Assembly (NCBI GenBank): GCA_964016885.1
Contig: OZ024743.1
Span: 217,558,001-217,622,000 of the forward strand
From: Eledone cirrhosa
Taxonomy: Eukaryota
DNA: 64,000 bases
Direction: 5' to 3'
A program made the position numbers and the translations under genes. Below, one piece after another: positions 1 to 14,789 of the stretch (position 1 is the stretch's first letter; each line of letters opens with the position of its first letter). The notes beneath the pieces are model-generated. The model ran no database searches. It saw only the letters and a program-made list of their open reading frames with translations, and was not told where the DNA came from.

Positions 1-187
1 TAAAGCGTCGGACAACATGCTTTGTGGCATAGAGTTACGGCTCTTTACATTCTGTGTTCAAATCCTTCCCTGGTTAACTTTGCCTATCATCGATACTGCG
101 TCGATAAAATAAGGCACCATGTATTGGTGTCGATTTAATCGACTTTCCCCTCCTCCAAAATGATTGGCCTTGTGCCAAAATCAGAAA
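1..187 (+). mobile_element. tRNA-derived SINE (family 1), 5' end cut by window edge
   Basis: B-box-like GTTCAAATCC, central TTAACTTTGCCT.TCATC...GTCGATAAAATAA.G.ACCA, 3' GGCCTTGTGCCAAAA.AGAAA; homologous to the copy delimited at 55781-55967. Confidence 0.8.
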
Positions 188-188
188 A

Positions 189-372
189 GGGTGGATTGGC
201 AGAGTCGGACGCCATGCTTTGCAGCAAAGAGTTACGGCCCATTATGGTCTGAGTTCAAATCCCGCAGAGGTTAACTTTGCCTTTCATCCTTACGGGGTCG
301 ATGAAATAAAGTACCAGTAATGCACTGGGTAATTGCTGGCCTTGTACCAAAAGTAGAAACAATTATTATTAT
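189..372 (+). mobile_element. tRNA-derived SINE (family 1), second unit of a dimer
   Basis: GGTGGATTGGCAG head, GAGTTCAAATCCC B box, conserved core, AGAAACA(ATT)n tail. Confidence 0.85.
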
Positions 373-1007
373 TATATTCATATGTACACAGGCACATACA
401 TTTTATGTATAAACATTAAATATATAAATCTATACAGAGTTAACACTAAATATATTTTTCTGTTTGTCTCTCTATGGAACCACTATGAAATACAAAGTAG
501 AGAAGTAAACAAACGAAAAAGCAGTAAAAGATCACACAGTAACAGTGGAATATATACATGAAAGAAAACAAATACGAGATTTATAATAAAAAAAATCTCG
601 AAATAAATATCAGTAAAATAATTTCAAAAATAGATTACATAGAGAAGAAAAATTTAAAAGTTATATTTGATATAACCAATTTCATATAATCAATGAGAAT
701 TAAATGAATAAAAAACATTTTACATGTTGTTCGGTTTGTTCAGATTTGTCGCGATGAGAGGCGAGATGCAAGCAATTTTCTCATATTTTCTGAAAGTTGC
801 TAGGCAGAAACAGCAGAAACAGAAAAATGAGAATTGAAATATATCCAGTAAAAAGGGAAATCTCTGGACGAACATGGCTGTGAGTGACACAGACATAGAC
901 AGACGCACAAATAGCCTGGAACAATGTGATAAAACTTATATACAAGAACAGCTAATTGATAAGGAATTGAAGCTCCAAAAGCACATTCGGGTATGTGCAG
1001 TTTCCAT

Positions 1008-1113
1008 TAGTTCAAATCCCGCCGAGGTTAAATTGCCTTTACGGGGTAGATAAAATGAAGTACCAGTAATGTACTGGATAATTGCTGGCCTTGTGCCAAA
1101 AGTAGAAACAATT
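1008..1113 (+). mobile_element. partial SINE family 1
   Basis: AGTTCAAATCCCGCCGAGGTTAA...GGCCTTGTGCCAAAAGTAGAAACAATT. Confidence 0.75.
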
Positions 1114-1369
1114 AATATATATGTACTGAGTTGATCGAGAGCTTCCCGGTGAAAAGAATCCAGCGTATGCGCGATTGAATGAATGCATCCAATTTCAGCA
1201 AAAGTTACTTGTAGTGTCTCTCGCTCTCCTCTTCAATATTTACATTGACTGGCAGAAGAACCGCCCTCGGCGGGTTTCTGCTACCATATGTAGTGTGCAT
1301 ATTTGTATTATACGCAAATATATATGCATATAGATGTGATATGTAAATTGAAACGTAAATTGACAATAT

Positions 1370-1930
1370 CTTCTTCTTCACCCACTTATTTCTGAGAGGG
1401 TCGTGGGTGCAGAATCCTCTCAAACACTCCTTCCAGCGCAAACATCTCTAACTGATCAAGCTAGCCCCCAAAGCGTGACCAGCCAAGCTCATTGATGTAA
1501 TCCAACTATCTTGCTCGAGGCCTACCACTGAGTCTCCTACAGCTTAGTTTTGCCTGTAAAATCTCTCCAGCGATTCTTTCTTGAGACATTCTAACCACAT
1601 GTCCATAGTATCGGAGCTGTGATCGCTCAATTGGGAGAAGTAGCGGCTCTACCAGGAGTGACTCTCTGATCTCTGAGCTATGCACTTTATCGCCTAAAGT
1701 TACTCCATAGACCCTTCGGAGGAACGTCATTTCGGCCGCTTGTATTTGCAATTATATTCTTTCGGCATTACCCAGGATTCATGACCCTATGTATGTGTTC
1801 GCGGGAATACCAGGAAGACAGCGAGTTTGGTGTTTACACCTACCTCCCGTCTGATGACTGGATGCTGAACCTGACGCATTACTGCACCAGCGATTGCAAT
1901 TCTTGCACTTAATTCAGACTCCTGCCATCC
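1370..1930 (-). mobile_element. RTE-clade LINE 3' fragment (decayed)
   Basis: ORF 1506-1751 has IQAAEM.FLRR..GVTL.DKV.SSEIRE.L.VEPLLL.IERSQLR..GHV.RM...GRPR, typical of the RTE RT C-terminal region; short (GAA)n-like 3' end. Confidence 0.8.
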
Positions 1931-2644
1931 ATGTCTGTATGTTTTTTCTCTTTCTTTTGTTCCTTTCCCTTTCCTTTGTATATATTATATTTGCTCGTGT
2001 TTTCGTTCTGTAAGCATTATATTATTATATTTGTTATACAACTGTGAATAAACCTGTAACAACAAATGAAATTTTAAAAAAAGAGAGTTAACCTGTGTTG
2101 TTAATAAATAAATAAAAAGTTATACTTCGTTTTACCCTCACATTTCCAATTTATCGAATGACTGTATGTGTATGCGTGTTTGTGTGAATGTATGTCTGTG
2201 AGTTTGTATTTTTGTAAGTGTGTCTGTGTTTATGCGATTATAATTATATACTCATACATATAAATGTATCTATATGCACATACACACCCGCACATACACA
2301 TACGCGTCAGCGTATTGAAAGAAATCCTAATCTCTTCATCATTCTCTTTCACTCTCTCTCTATATATCTCTCTCTCTATATATATATATATGACATATAG
2401 TCACTCTATCTGTCTGTAACTCTCTCTTCACACACTCTCACTTTTTTTTCTCGCTCTGTCTATATATATATATATGGTAATTGAATTGGTAGTGGTGGTG
2501 TCGATATACCGGAAGTTGAAATTTGAAAGTTTTAAAAGAAGTGAATCTTGAAATAAGTAATACATTAAATTATTTGTTTTATCATGTGTTACAAAATTTA
2601 GTAGATATATTATATGATATTCATTCATTATTTATTCAAAGTAG

Positions 2645-2834
2645 GGCGGTGGATTGGCAGTATCGGTAGAGAGTCGGACGCCATGCTTTCCCGCATAGTT
2701 ACGTCCCTTTACGGTCTGAGTTCAAATCCCGTCGAGGTTAACTTTGCCTTTCATCCTTACGGGGTCGATAAAATAAAGTACCAGTGATGTACTGGTTAAT
2801 TGCTGGCCTTGTGCCAAACTTAGAAACAATTATT
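2645..2834 (+). mobile_element. SINE family 1 (dimer unit 1)
   Basis: GGCGGTGGATTGGCAGTATCGGTAGAG A-box head, B box, core, AGAAACAATTATT tail. Confidence 0.85.
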
Positions 2835-2847
2835 TATTCAAAGTAAG

Positions 2848-3025
2848 AGCAGTGAATTGGCAGTATCGATAGAGGGTCGGACGCCATGCTTTCCAACATA
2901 ATTACGTCCCTTTACGGTCTGAGTTCAAATCCCGTCGAGATTAACTTTACCTTTCATCCTTACCGGGTCGATAAAATAAAGTACCAGTAATGAACTGGTA
3001 ATTGCTGGCCTTGTATTTCAAAGTA
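2848..3025 (+). mobile_element. SINE family 1 (dimer unit 2)
   Basis: near-identical to preceding unit. Confidence 0.85.
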
Positions 3026-3602
3026 ATCCAACTTATTTTACTAACGGGATAAAAAATATATATAAAACGGACGCTGTCCCACACTCCTCCCTTTATTATA
3101 TTATAGATAGTATCATTAACATCTGAAATATAAGAACTTTTGCAGATGAGCCTCAACTTTAAAGTTTCATCAACTGGGTCTTAGAAAGGCTTCATTTCAA
3201 TCGGATCTGCAATAGAAAAACAACATGCTACTACACCAAAACAGTCTAATCGACATTTAAAATTGGGATACACATAATCTACAATAATTGCTTCACTCGA
3301 ACAAAGATTTCTTCAAATCCAAGAACACTATCGAGCCAGGAATATAAATCAATAACCATCTAAGCCCAAGAGTTTACATGAACTACAAAGTTGACACCTT
3401 ACACATGATGTGTTCTTGAGTCCTTAGAACATTCTGCCATGCAATTAAATACCACTAATGGCACAATATTTGAGACACATTGTTTTAATAACAATATCTT
3501 ATTAATGACATATGATCGAAAGAAGATATCTATTCACAGACACAATCTTGTTTTTATGTTACGTCCATAAACGTTTATTATAAAGATTAATATATTCTGA
3601 AG

Positions 3603-3750
3603 GTGGTCAATTGGGAGAGTCTTTAGAACATCGGATAGAATGTGTTACGGTATTCCTTTCGGCTCTCACACACGCTGAGTTCAAAATCCGCCGAAATCAA
3701 CTTTAGCTTTCATCCATTCAAAGTCGATGAAAATATACCAGCCAAGTACA
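3603..3750 (+). mobile_element. diverged SINE family 1-like copy
   Basis: GAGTTCAAAATCCGCCGAAATCAACTTTAGCTTTCATCC...GTCGATGAAAAT. Confidence 0.6.
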
Positions 3751-3758
3751 TTATTTTC

Positions 3759-3803
<45 letters not shown>

Positions 3804-4196
3804 CCTCTCTCTCCCTCTCTCTCTCACTCCCTTTCTCTCTCTCCCTCTCTCTCCTTCTCTCTCCATCTCTCTTCTATTTCTTCTTCTCTGGGAGAAACCT
3901 GCTATATTCAGACATGTAGATGACAAGGGCTCTACCAGGTTTAAAGAAGACCTAGAAACACAGTATCAATACAATGCCTCCACGACCCTCTCAGGAGTTA
4001 CGGACTCGCAATAAAGGATATATACTTTCAGGTAGTTTAGCTGAACAAAGTTTATTCATATAAATTTTAATGGAATAATTACCAATCCATACTGCAATAT
4101 AATTTCTCTTCTATATCCTTATTTATTCCATCCGTTCTTTTAGTTATTAACGTCTGTTTTTAGTCGCATTTATTCATGTATTGTTTATTCATATAG

Positions 4197-4704
<508 letters not shown>

Positions 4705-4767
4705 TATAGTGAGACAGTGAAGAATAACATGATTGACTGTAGATAATTTGTTATCCTATATATATAT

Positions 4768-4852
<85 letters not shown>

Positions 4853-5513
4853 TGTGTGTGTGCGTACATTATACTTTATTCATTTTTCCTCTATTTTTGT
4901 TCGTAACTATGATCTTTATTATTTTTTCACATCAAAGTGAACTGCAATGCAATCCATCTCATCATTGTTTTCTATATTCACATCTTCGTCCTTCCCCTCC
5001 TCTGTATTGACATTAAACACTCAATTTTGCTGCTCCTCTTTCTTCTTCTCTTTCTCATTCTTCTTCTTCATCGTCGTCATCGGTGTAGTGTTCAAATGTC
5101 TGTCATCCCCCTCTCTCTAACACCTTCTTCTTCTTCTCCTCCCAACTTTTTCTCTCTCACTCCCTCTCTTTGTAGTATGTTTTTTTCTGATACTCGGTCG
5201 TGTAATCTTTCACGATATTTACTTCATCAATTAAAAAAGGTATTGATTGATTTTTGAAACAATCACCCAATTTTTAATAACAAATTGGAAATAGTAGAGA
5301 ATTAACACATAAAAAGATATTGTAATCAAATATAAAAGAAGAGAGTTGATGAAAAGATCAAAACTTTGATAAAAACAAAAAAGTGCGTGACTGACATCTA
5401 AAAATCTGAAGTCAAATTCTATAGCACATACACATATAGATGCATATACATGCATAGATACTTACATACTCACATATATACATACATATCTGTCTATATA
5501 TCTATATATTTCA

Positions 5514-5621
<108 letters not shown>

Positions 5622-6537
5622 ATTTATGTATGTATTTATATATGTTTGTAAAACTGTTAACAAAAATAACAAAGCACACGACACAGTACAGTGCAGAAAT
5701 ATATTAGTATAACGCTTGAAATGATAGGAAAAGAAGCGAGCTGTTCTAGAGAATGGGTCGCAGGTGGCGGATAATCATATGGTCACTTGATATAATGGTC
5801 AGACGTGATATATATATGGGCTCCTGTTGGACGAATAAGCATACCCAGAGCAAAAGTGGTAAAGTGCTTGAGGAAATGGAAAAATACGTGAGAGTGACAA
5901 TGCAAAATAAAGTGAGAGTAAAGTTTATCTTTGATGAACAATAGACATATACACGGAAGCACTTCACTGTTTTAAATTGCACAACAATGTTGAGAAAACA
6001 AATATAGGATGCCACTCTTTAACGATCAATTTTCGTATCGTGGTCCTATCTTGTGAAAAGGATGTCAATAATGGAATTAAGATTGTCCACAGTGTATATG
6101 GCGGGATCGTACAATGCGTCTTTGAAAGCGATACTTTTACTCACGAAATTTTCATGCTACATTGGTCAACTGTTATCCCATAGCAAACTGGAATTTTGCA
6201 ACCATGCCCATCATAGCCACGATGGCAGTATTATTTACCTCAAAAGAATGGTTGTGTTGATCTTTAACTGTCATTCCATATGATACTGAATAATTAAAGG
6301 CATACTTTAAAACTTTTAAAGATGTACTCAGAGCACTACAGACAACACCAACCGCATAAATTTGATTCGCGTGGTGCAGGCATTCATGCAAAATTCAGTT
6401 GTTTCACATACATATTCTGAGAGAGCCTCTACAAATCCATTAAGCTTTGTCATATTTAAATCTGGCCCTAGATAATTGCTTTGTTGTTAGGGAGAACTAA
6501 ATCTAATTCTGAGAAATTGTTTGTTTCCACTCATATA

Positions 6538-6700
6538 AGATGTTCGGCTGAAAAGTTCATAGGCTGACCAACATACTCTCAAAATGGGTTGTGTTTATTG
6601 ACTATCTTCAAAGGGGCTACACCATGAATGAAGAGTAATATGTCAACTTGCTGAAAGACTTATGAAAGGCTATCAAGACAAAACGCCTAGGAAAATTGAG
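6538..6700 (+). mobile_element. Tc1/mariner remnant (TIR plus transposase fragment)
   Basis: TCGGCTGAAAAGTTCATAGGCTGACC matches the TIR at 27006-27197; next segment translates like VVFIDYLQRG.T.N...Y..LL..L..AIK.KR.GKL (mariner catalytic domain). Confidence 0.65.
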
Positions 6701-7111
6701 CGTTAGAAATATGCTATGAATTTTCAACCAATCCTCGTAATTATTGAACCTTAGGAGAATGTTAGTCTGTTGCTGCAGCTACAGTAATTGCTACACATCT
6801 CAAATGACATCAGATTGGACAGTGATACCGTTACATTCCTCACGATTCCAATAATTTTGTGTGTTTCAATACTTTATCACTGGAGATGAAGTCTACTAAT
6901 AATTTCATTTTAATTTTGTTTTCAATGTCTAGGTGTGTGAGGATAAAAGAGATTTTACGTCAAAAATGTATAGGTGTCTCTGTCTGATTCGGTGTCAAAC
7001 CAGGTGCTCTAAGAAATAATAACTTCACATTCTGCCGTCCTATAATGCTTGATACAAAGAACGCTGGCGATAAGAGATGATAGTTTTACAAGCACAGATA
7101 TACACACTTAA

Positions 7112-7171
<60 letters not shown>

Positions 7172-7522
7172 CTGTGTGTGTGTGTGTGTTGTATAGATAT
7201 GTATGTACGCATGCAGGTAAAATATATTTATGTGAGTGAGAAAGGGAGAGGGCGATACAGAGAAGGTATGAGAGTATGTGTGGGAATGTATATGTGTGTG
7301 TACTTGGTTGTGTTCAAGTGTAGAATTAATTTATTTTCAATTAAAGACGTCATATTTTAACATTTTTATATTTATTGTTTATTCTGATACATTAATGTTG
7401 TTTAACACCCAGGATATTCGGTGTAGTCAATGAATCGGATTAAAAGTTAACGATAGATGCTACATTTATTAATTTATTTGCAAAACTCTCTATGAACAAC
7501 ACATACACACATGCACACATAC

Positions 7523-7704
<182 letters not shown>

Positions 7705-8186
7705 CCAGGTCTAGCAAATAGAGAAAAAGTTTTAAAATAAATTTTTAAAAATACGCTGTACTCACTATATATGCCTTTGCCGCAGTTTCAAGTGTCAAAA
7801 GAAACGGATAATCCAGGCTCAGCTTCATTGAGAAGGGAACTATCTTCAGAAGGCTCTTCTCGCTCGGAGAATATAAAATTCCCGAGTTTAAATCACAAAC
7901 TGAGGCCATACAAAACCATTCCCAGATGAGAGTGAATGATGAAAGAAATAGTTCTGTGCAAAGACAAAAGGCAGGGTGGACAGGTCAATGTACTGCCACT
8001 AGAAATAGCAGCAGTCCAAAGGGCCAAGTTTTATCTCAACGTTAGGGATATATATATATCTATATATATATATATATAGTTTTCCAAGAGATGTCAACAT
8101 GAATGGACCTATTATTTTTATCTAAAGACATTTTTTTTCCAATACCACCCCACCCGTCCCTTAAATCTATCTTATTTCACATTCTT

Positions 8187-8222
8187 TCTTCTGATGAAGG
8201 ACTAGTGTCTGAAAAGTTAAGA
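8187..8222 (+). ncRNA. minimal type I hammerhead ribozyme (slightly degenerate) in a short pLTR-like element (about 8078-8262)
   Basis: TCTT-CTGATGA-A-GGAC tagt GTCT-GAAA-AGTT-AAGA; paralog with intact stems at 46608-46643. Confidence 0.7.
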
Positions 8223-8272
8223 CCTTCTTCCTGCTATTGTTATTTCTGTTTACCTTTTACACAGTCACACAC

Positions 8273-8671
<399 letters not shown>

Positions 8672-8752
8672 AGAGGAGAGAGTGAGTGATGGCGAAAGAG
8701 ATAAAAGAAATAGGGGATGTCTGACTGCAACGTTTATATATATATATATATA

Positions 8753-9069
8753 CTAGCAGATTTATCCGGCATTGCCCGGGGTTTGAAATGCAACAAAGAA
8801 TAAACAAGAAACAAACAATAATATTAGTGATTTATCTTCAAATGAATCTGATGTTTATATTTTTAGCAATAAAGTTGGTTATCTCCCTTACATCAATTTT
8901 GCTACCGATAATTTGGATATCGATTTTTGATTGCTAAACGTGGGTCGTTTAGTGACTTGTGCAACGTGCACAGAAAATTTGGTCAAATACGATTGGTAAT
9001 TGTAAAAGCCTTAGGTATCCAAAGTTGTACACAGACACACATACATCTTCGTTTTATATATATAGAAGA
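8753..9069 (-). mobile_element. non-autonomous Helitron
   Basis: minus strand begins TC(TTC)TATATATA and ends with GC hairpin CCCGGGCAATGCCGG followed by CTAG; flanked by A and T. Confidence 0.7.
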
Positions 9070-9112
9070 TTTGTATTAATATATATATATATTTGTATTA
9101 ATATATATATAT

Positions 9113-10100
9113 TAGGCTGAACTCCATATCTTTGTTGAGTTTTTTCGGAATGTTTTGACTGGTGTTTCTTGTAAACAGATTTTCGTTTCATCCCGGCATC
9201 ACTAGCGTGTGTTTTGTTATTTCAATTCTACACGATGTTCGCTTGCCTGCTTTCAATTCACCTCGGGCATTTTAGGAGTACCATTTAGTTATCGTGTTTG
9301 AGCACTACTGAAGATTGACCCCAACCATTACTAACTCCACTGAAAAGTTTCGTCAAATATTCCTTTCAGACTATATAGTGCATTTGTAGTTTTCCCAAAT
9401 TGAACGTTAAGTACTTTTTCTTGATTTTATTTATTTAAGATTTTATTACTTATCCCATAACTTTCGTTAAAAATGTTTCATCTTGATGTTATAGTCACTT
9501 ATGTGTGAAATTATTGTAGGCTTTTTTCTTACATTAATTTTTCTATTTTCATTTATATATTAATACTCGGAGCTGTCGTTGAGTGCTTATTAATATTTGT
9601 GATTAATCCCAGTTTTTGTAAAATATAACTGCGATAATATTGCTTAGGCTGAACTCTATATCATTGTTGAGTGTTTTCGGAATGTTTTAACTAGTGTTTC
9701 TTGTAAACAGATTTTCGTTTCATCCCGGCATCACTAGCGCGTGTCCACGTGTGTTTTGTTATTTCAATTCTACACGATCTTCGCTTGCATGCTTACAATT
9801 TCCCTCCCGAATTTTAGCTGTGCCATTTAGTTAACGTGTTTGAGCACTACTGAAGATTGACCCCAACCGTTACTAACCCCACTGAAAAGTTTCGTCAAAT
9901 AGTCTTTTCAGACTATATAGTGCATTTGTACTTTTCCCAAATTGAACGTTAAGTACTTTTTCTTGATTTATTTAATTAAGATTTTATTTCTCATCCCATA
10001 TCTTTCGTTTAAAATGTTTCATCTTGATGTTATAGTCACTTATATGTCTAATTATTGTAGGCTTTTTTCTTACATTAATTTCTCTAATTTCATTTACATA
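9113..10100. repeat. direct tandem duplication, unit about 530 bp
   Basis: TAGGCTGAACTC.ATATC starts at about 9113 and 9645; about 450 bp collinear with scattered differences. Confidence 0.9.
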
Positions 10101-10133
10101 TATATATATATAACAATCATATAGGTAATATTA

Positions 10134-10229
10134 ATTGTTTCTACTTTTGGCACAATGCCAACATTTATGCCAGTGCATTACTGGTACTTTATTTTATTGA
10201 CCCTGTAAGGATGAAAGGCAAAGTTAACC
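10134..10229 (-). mobile_element. partial SINE family 1
   Basis: reverse complement of SINE core and 3' end. Confidence 0.7.
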
Positions 10230-10606
10230 ACATGGTTACTTTAATGAAATGATCGTTAAATTAATTCTAGGATTTAATATAAATCCTTGTTAATCCGTAT
10301 TCTTATATATATATATATATAAAACAGTTGTTGTCTGTGTTTGTGTGTTTGTGTATGTGTGTCCTCATTTTTGCAAAATCTATACAAATCCACAATTCTA
10401 CTCCGATTGACTTCAAACTTGCATTTATATATTCCTTGCGGTCTAAAGATAATAACTGCAGCTTTTATTTTTCAATGTTCTCTTGTTAAAGGGGTGTTAG
10501 GCGCCGGTTATCGATCACCGTCGAGCTCTTATAATATCTGTATGTGTCGCTGTCTGAATAACGATATTCTGACGAACACGCCATTGCTGACGTATTAGCT
10601 TCGCTA

Positions 10607-10730
<124 letters not shown>

Positions 10731-10759
10731 CTTACGTATACATATATATATATACATAT

Positions 10760-11395
10760 ACGAAGTGTTAAAAAGATCGAACTTTAGTTTAAAACACTTA
10801 TTTGCTGACGATTGTTTCTTCCAGGGGGAAGTCTGGCATTATCGGAGTATAAGGCATGGTGAAACATGTAACTAAAATCCTTTTACATAACAAATACCTA
10901 CATTATTGCCACACGCCTCTCTAATAAATGCACACTATCTTAAACATTTATAACAATTATAACATGCTTTAACACCCCACACAAAATATGTTTATTTCAA
11001 CTGCATTATAACTCTTTCCTCATGCATGCCTTATTGACTGTATTGACCCCTGCATTGTACACCAATTGTCCTTGCTTATAACCTTTCTGCCTATGTTTTT
11101 TTTTGCTTGTGATTTTTTTCCTTGTGCTTTTTACTTATACCTATTACACTTCAAACCAGTGCTGCCTGTAATTGTGTTATTTCAAGCAGAACATCTTTTT
11201 AAGTCCTGACTCCTCCACATGATGTCTTTCACATTAATAACAATTGTGTACGCTAAATGTTCTAAATGACTAGGACTTTAGCTACATGTTTCAACACTCC
11301 TTATGCTCCGATGATTCCAGACTTCCTTCTGGAAGAAACAATTGTCAGCAAATAAATGTTCTGATCTAAAATTCGATCGTTTTAACACTTTGTAT
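10760..11395. repeat. diverged inverted repeat (about 120 bp arms, 400 bp apart) between microsatellites; probable pLTR derivative
   Basis: 10763-10880 vs reverse complement of 11273-11390; both contain GAAACATGTA. Confidence 0.6.
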
Positions 11396-11547
11396 CTCGG
11401 CTCTGTAAAACACTTGAAAATCTGCATTGAGCCTTTTGTTATACCGGTAACCGGCTGGTACTTAGTACAACCATACATATTTATAGTTATATCAAACATA
11501 TATAAATATAAATATTCTTATTAGTATATACACATATATACATATAC

Positions 11548-11667
<120 letters not shown>

Positions 11668-11769
11668 ATATAGAAACACATATACACATATATAGATATT
11701 CACATACACACATATATAAATATACACATAAAAATATATGTATATACTTACACACACACACATATATAT

Positions 11770-14760
11770 AGTTAAAGAAAGAAGAGTAACATGGTTTGCT
11801 GTACAATAAGGGCTTTATTTAAAGTACTGACAATTGGTTTAATTATACGCTATTTTATTATTGATGTTATTGTTTTGTTGTTACGCTACTTTTCTATATA
11901 AGTCTTGCCTCGAGTGAACTATTTTCATATCTACGTCCTCTGATGTGTTGACCAGTGTAAACAATGTATTGGAGATCGATTGACGCAACCTCAAGTGATA
12001 GCGAACTCTAGACACACCTGATCAACGAATTAATTGTCAGTACTTTAAATAAACCCCTTATTGTACAGCCGACCATGTTACCCTTCTTTCTTTAACTATT
12101 ATTACTCCAAGTATAATCTACATATAAGTTACCGCTGCATAACTATGGAACCATCTTGTTGAGTCAAACAAACCCGTACATTAAAACTATCCACGACGCG
12201 GAGTACTCTAACTGGATTACCTCTAAATGGATTACCTCTAACTGGATTACCTGTAACGATAACTTGTTATCCCATATACACGGCTGCCACTAGGTTGAGC
12301 AACAACCTTAAGGCACGGTACTAACATGTAAAAGCACCACATAGGCATGTCACTGAAAAAAATTCCTATACCTACAAACAAGGACTACACATTCGGCATG
12401 ATACAACGTACTAATGATTTCATTCGTCGAATTCGATGGAAGGCATACAATTACGACAAAGGAGCCACTAATAACACGGAGGAATTTACTAGGGAAAATT
12501 ACGGATTCAAAACCTGTAAAAACCCACCAAATAACCCCAGATCGATGCCTTCGAGTTTGATCTCATGGACATGATAGGTGGAATTAAATTCAAAAAACGG
12601 ACACATCACAACAAATTGCAAAACGACATCAATGCACTTCTAAAAAAAACTACGCAACACCAACGGTATTATAGTAAAAGCAGACAAAACATCAAACGTA
12701 TACACCACGAGCCTCAATACATACAATTATTTTATTCGCCGGGAACTGCACAAAGAATAGAAAAAAAACTGAATCTGCACTCACTAGCATTAATAAGGAA
12801 GCACTAAGCATAGTAAAAAACTGAAAATATCCGATAGAACCGAGCCTCTAACCCCATTGTAAGCCCACATTTAACCTAAAGGATCACAAAAATAATTTTG
12901 AAACAGACGCCACAATTAGATTAATATGCCCATCTAAGTCGGATATCGGTAGAATTAGCAAGTATATTCTAGATAGAGTAATCGCACAAATTAAGGACAA
13001 ACTAGTAATTAAGCTATGGGCTAACACTCACGAAGCAATAGACTGGTTCAACAAAATAAGCAATAGGGAAACTTATAACTTCATACAATTCGACATTAAT
13101 GACTACTACTCATCCATTTCCCCAGTCACCCTGGATAAAGCGCTAACCTTTGCCCAGAATAATTCAGACCTTACCTCAGACGAAATTAAAATAATACTAG
13201 CTGCTAGAAGGACTATCATTAAATTCTAAAATAGCTACTGGGAACGAAAAGACAGACAGAATAGCTTCGATATCACAATGGGATCTAACGACTCAGCGCA
13301 AATAACGGACGTGGTGGGAATATATATAACGCACAACTTACATAAGGAATTCAATAACCTCCAAGGAGGTATTTATAGAGACGATATTTATATAGCCAAA
13401 AACTTAAACAATCAGAACATAGAAAGATTACGAAAAAACATTAGAATATTCTAGAAAACTAGGCCTAGGTATCACTTTCGAACTTAACCCTAAAAAAGCA
13501 AATTTCTTAGATGTAACTCTCAACCTAAACACAGGATTAATAGAGCCCTTCCATAAGAATAACGAAAATCTAGCCTACATTAGTTACAACTCAAACCACA
13601 CCCGATCCATAATTAACTCCATAGAACATAGTATATCCCTCAGAATATCCCGTCTATCTTTGAACATAGAAATCTTTAACAAACACAAACTAGTATAACA
13701 GCTTTACATAAGGCTGGACATAAGGAGAAGCTAAAATACATACTAGACAGAGACAACAACAAACCTAATGACATCTACACTACCCGCTCATACAGAAATA
13801 ACAAGCATCGGACTAAACATCGATTTAGGCAACGAGCACCAAAAATAACCTAACAGAACACTAATAATAGGAACCCCCAAAACTCCTCTATAAAAACTAA
13901 ACCACCTTCTACATTCTTTAAACTAATAAATAAACACTTCCCTACACTACACAAATACCATGAAATCTTCAATAGAAAAACTATAAAACTTTCATACTCT
14001 ACTGCAGCCAACATAGAATCGCACACAGTAAGATCAACCACAAAAATATCTCTAAGGAAATTAACCTCCCAACGCGCACCATAGCACCAAATACAAAACA
14101 CAAACACATAACAACATCACAACCACAAATGCACCAGAATGCATCACAACAAAACATTAATATGCCTAAATCACAACCCACCAACAACTTACAAAAACGC
14201 AACGACGAACTTGCACAAAATAAAACCTCAAATTGTAATTGCCACCTACCCTATAAATGCCCACTACAGAATAGATGACTGGATTCCGGCATGGTATACC
14301 TGTGTACTGTGAATTCATGCAACTCTACTTGGCACTACATAGGTTCCACAGCTGGGGAGTTTAAGAAAAGGTGATACGTCCTCAGACACTCCATGAGGAA
14401 CCGCGCGCTGGAGAACTCTACAACGCTCGCCAATAAAATCTGGCAGCTTAAGCACAAAAAGGTAGAATATAAGATTAGCTGGTCGAAATTATCGACAACA
14501 AGAGCCTACAGCAACGGTATGTCCCTCTGCGGGCTCTGTAATTTAGAACTGCTACATATTTTAAGGCACCATAGGATGCTGCTTACCAGCAAAATAGAAA
14601 GATCCATTTTCTGTAGGCATAAAATAGCTACGAGATTTACGAACTTCAAACCACCATGATTTGAACCATCAATCCCCAAATTAGTACTGAACAACCTAGG
14701 TTTTAACATATAGAATAAACACTATCGCACCACTATTAGCTATCAAACTGCCAACTGATC
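11770..14760 (+). mobile_element. Penelope-like retroelement 1 (Hydra-clade-like), decayed
   Basis: 5' inverted arm (11770-11835 vs 12032-12097) next to (TA)n; RT motifs IQFDINDYYSSI, MGSNDSAQITD, IYRDD, NFLDVTLNL; CNCx5C linker; VY...YIG GIY-YIG. Confidence 0.9.
12347..14659 (+). pseudogene. PLE RT-GIY-YIG polyprotein, frameshifted and with stops
   Basis: ORF fragments 12347-12574 (SLKKIP...FIRRIRWKAY), 12565-12807, 14393-14659 (STTLANKIW.LK...C.LC..E...C.H) plus manually read RT motifs. Confidence 0.88.
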
Positions 14761-14789
14761 ACTGGACTATATATCTCTGTACACTTCTT

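Noticed and set aside
2645-2740. SINE heads as tRNA genes
   Set aside because: A and B boxes present but no clean cloverleaf; always continue into the SINE body.
5900-6410. Coding-like tract with HNH-containing short ORF
   Set aside because: No continuous frame or recognisable family; possibly a decayed transposon but unsupported.
10782-10876. CTGACGA...GAAACATGTA as an intact hammerhead
   Set aside because: Stem I and II registers are inconsistent with the CTGACGA position and the second arm differs.
11935-12045. Degenerate hammerhead in the PLE1 5' region (CTGATGT...CGAATTAATTGTC)
   Set aside because: Position and stem II fit, but several core bases are mutated; treated as a relic only.
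12206-12257. CTCTAACTGGATTAC x3 as CRISPR- or telomere-like repeat
   Set aside because: Spacerless 15 bp local slippage inside a PLE; eukaryotic context.
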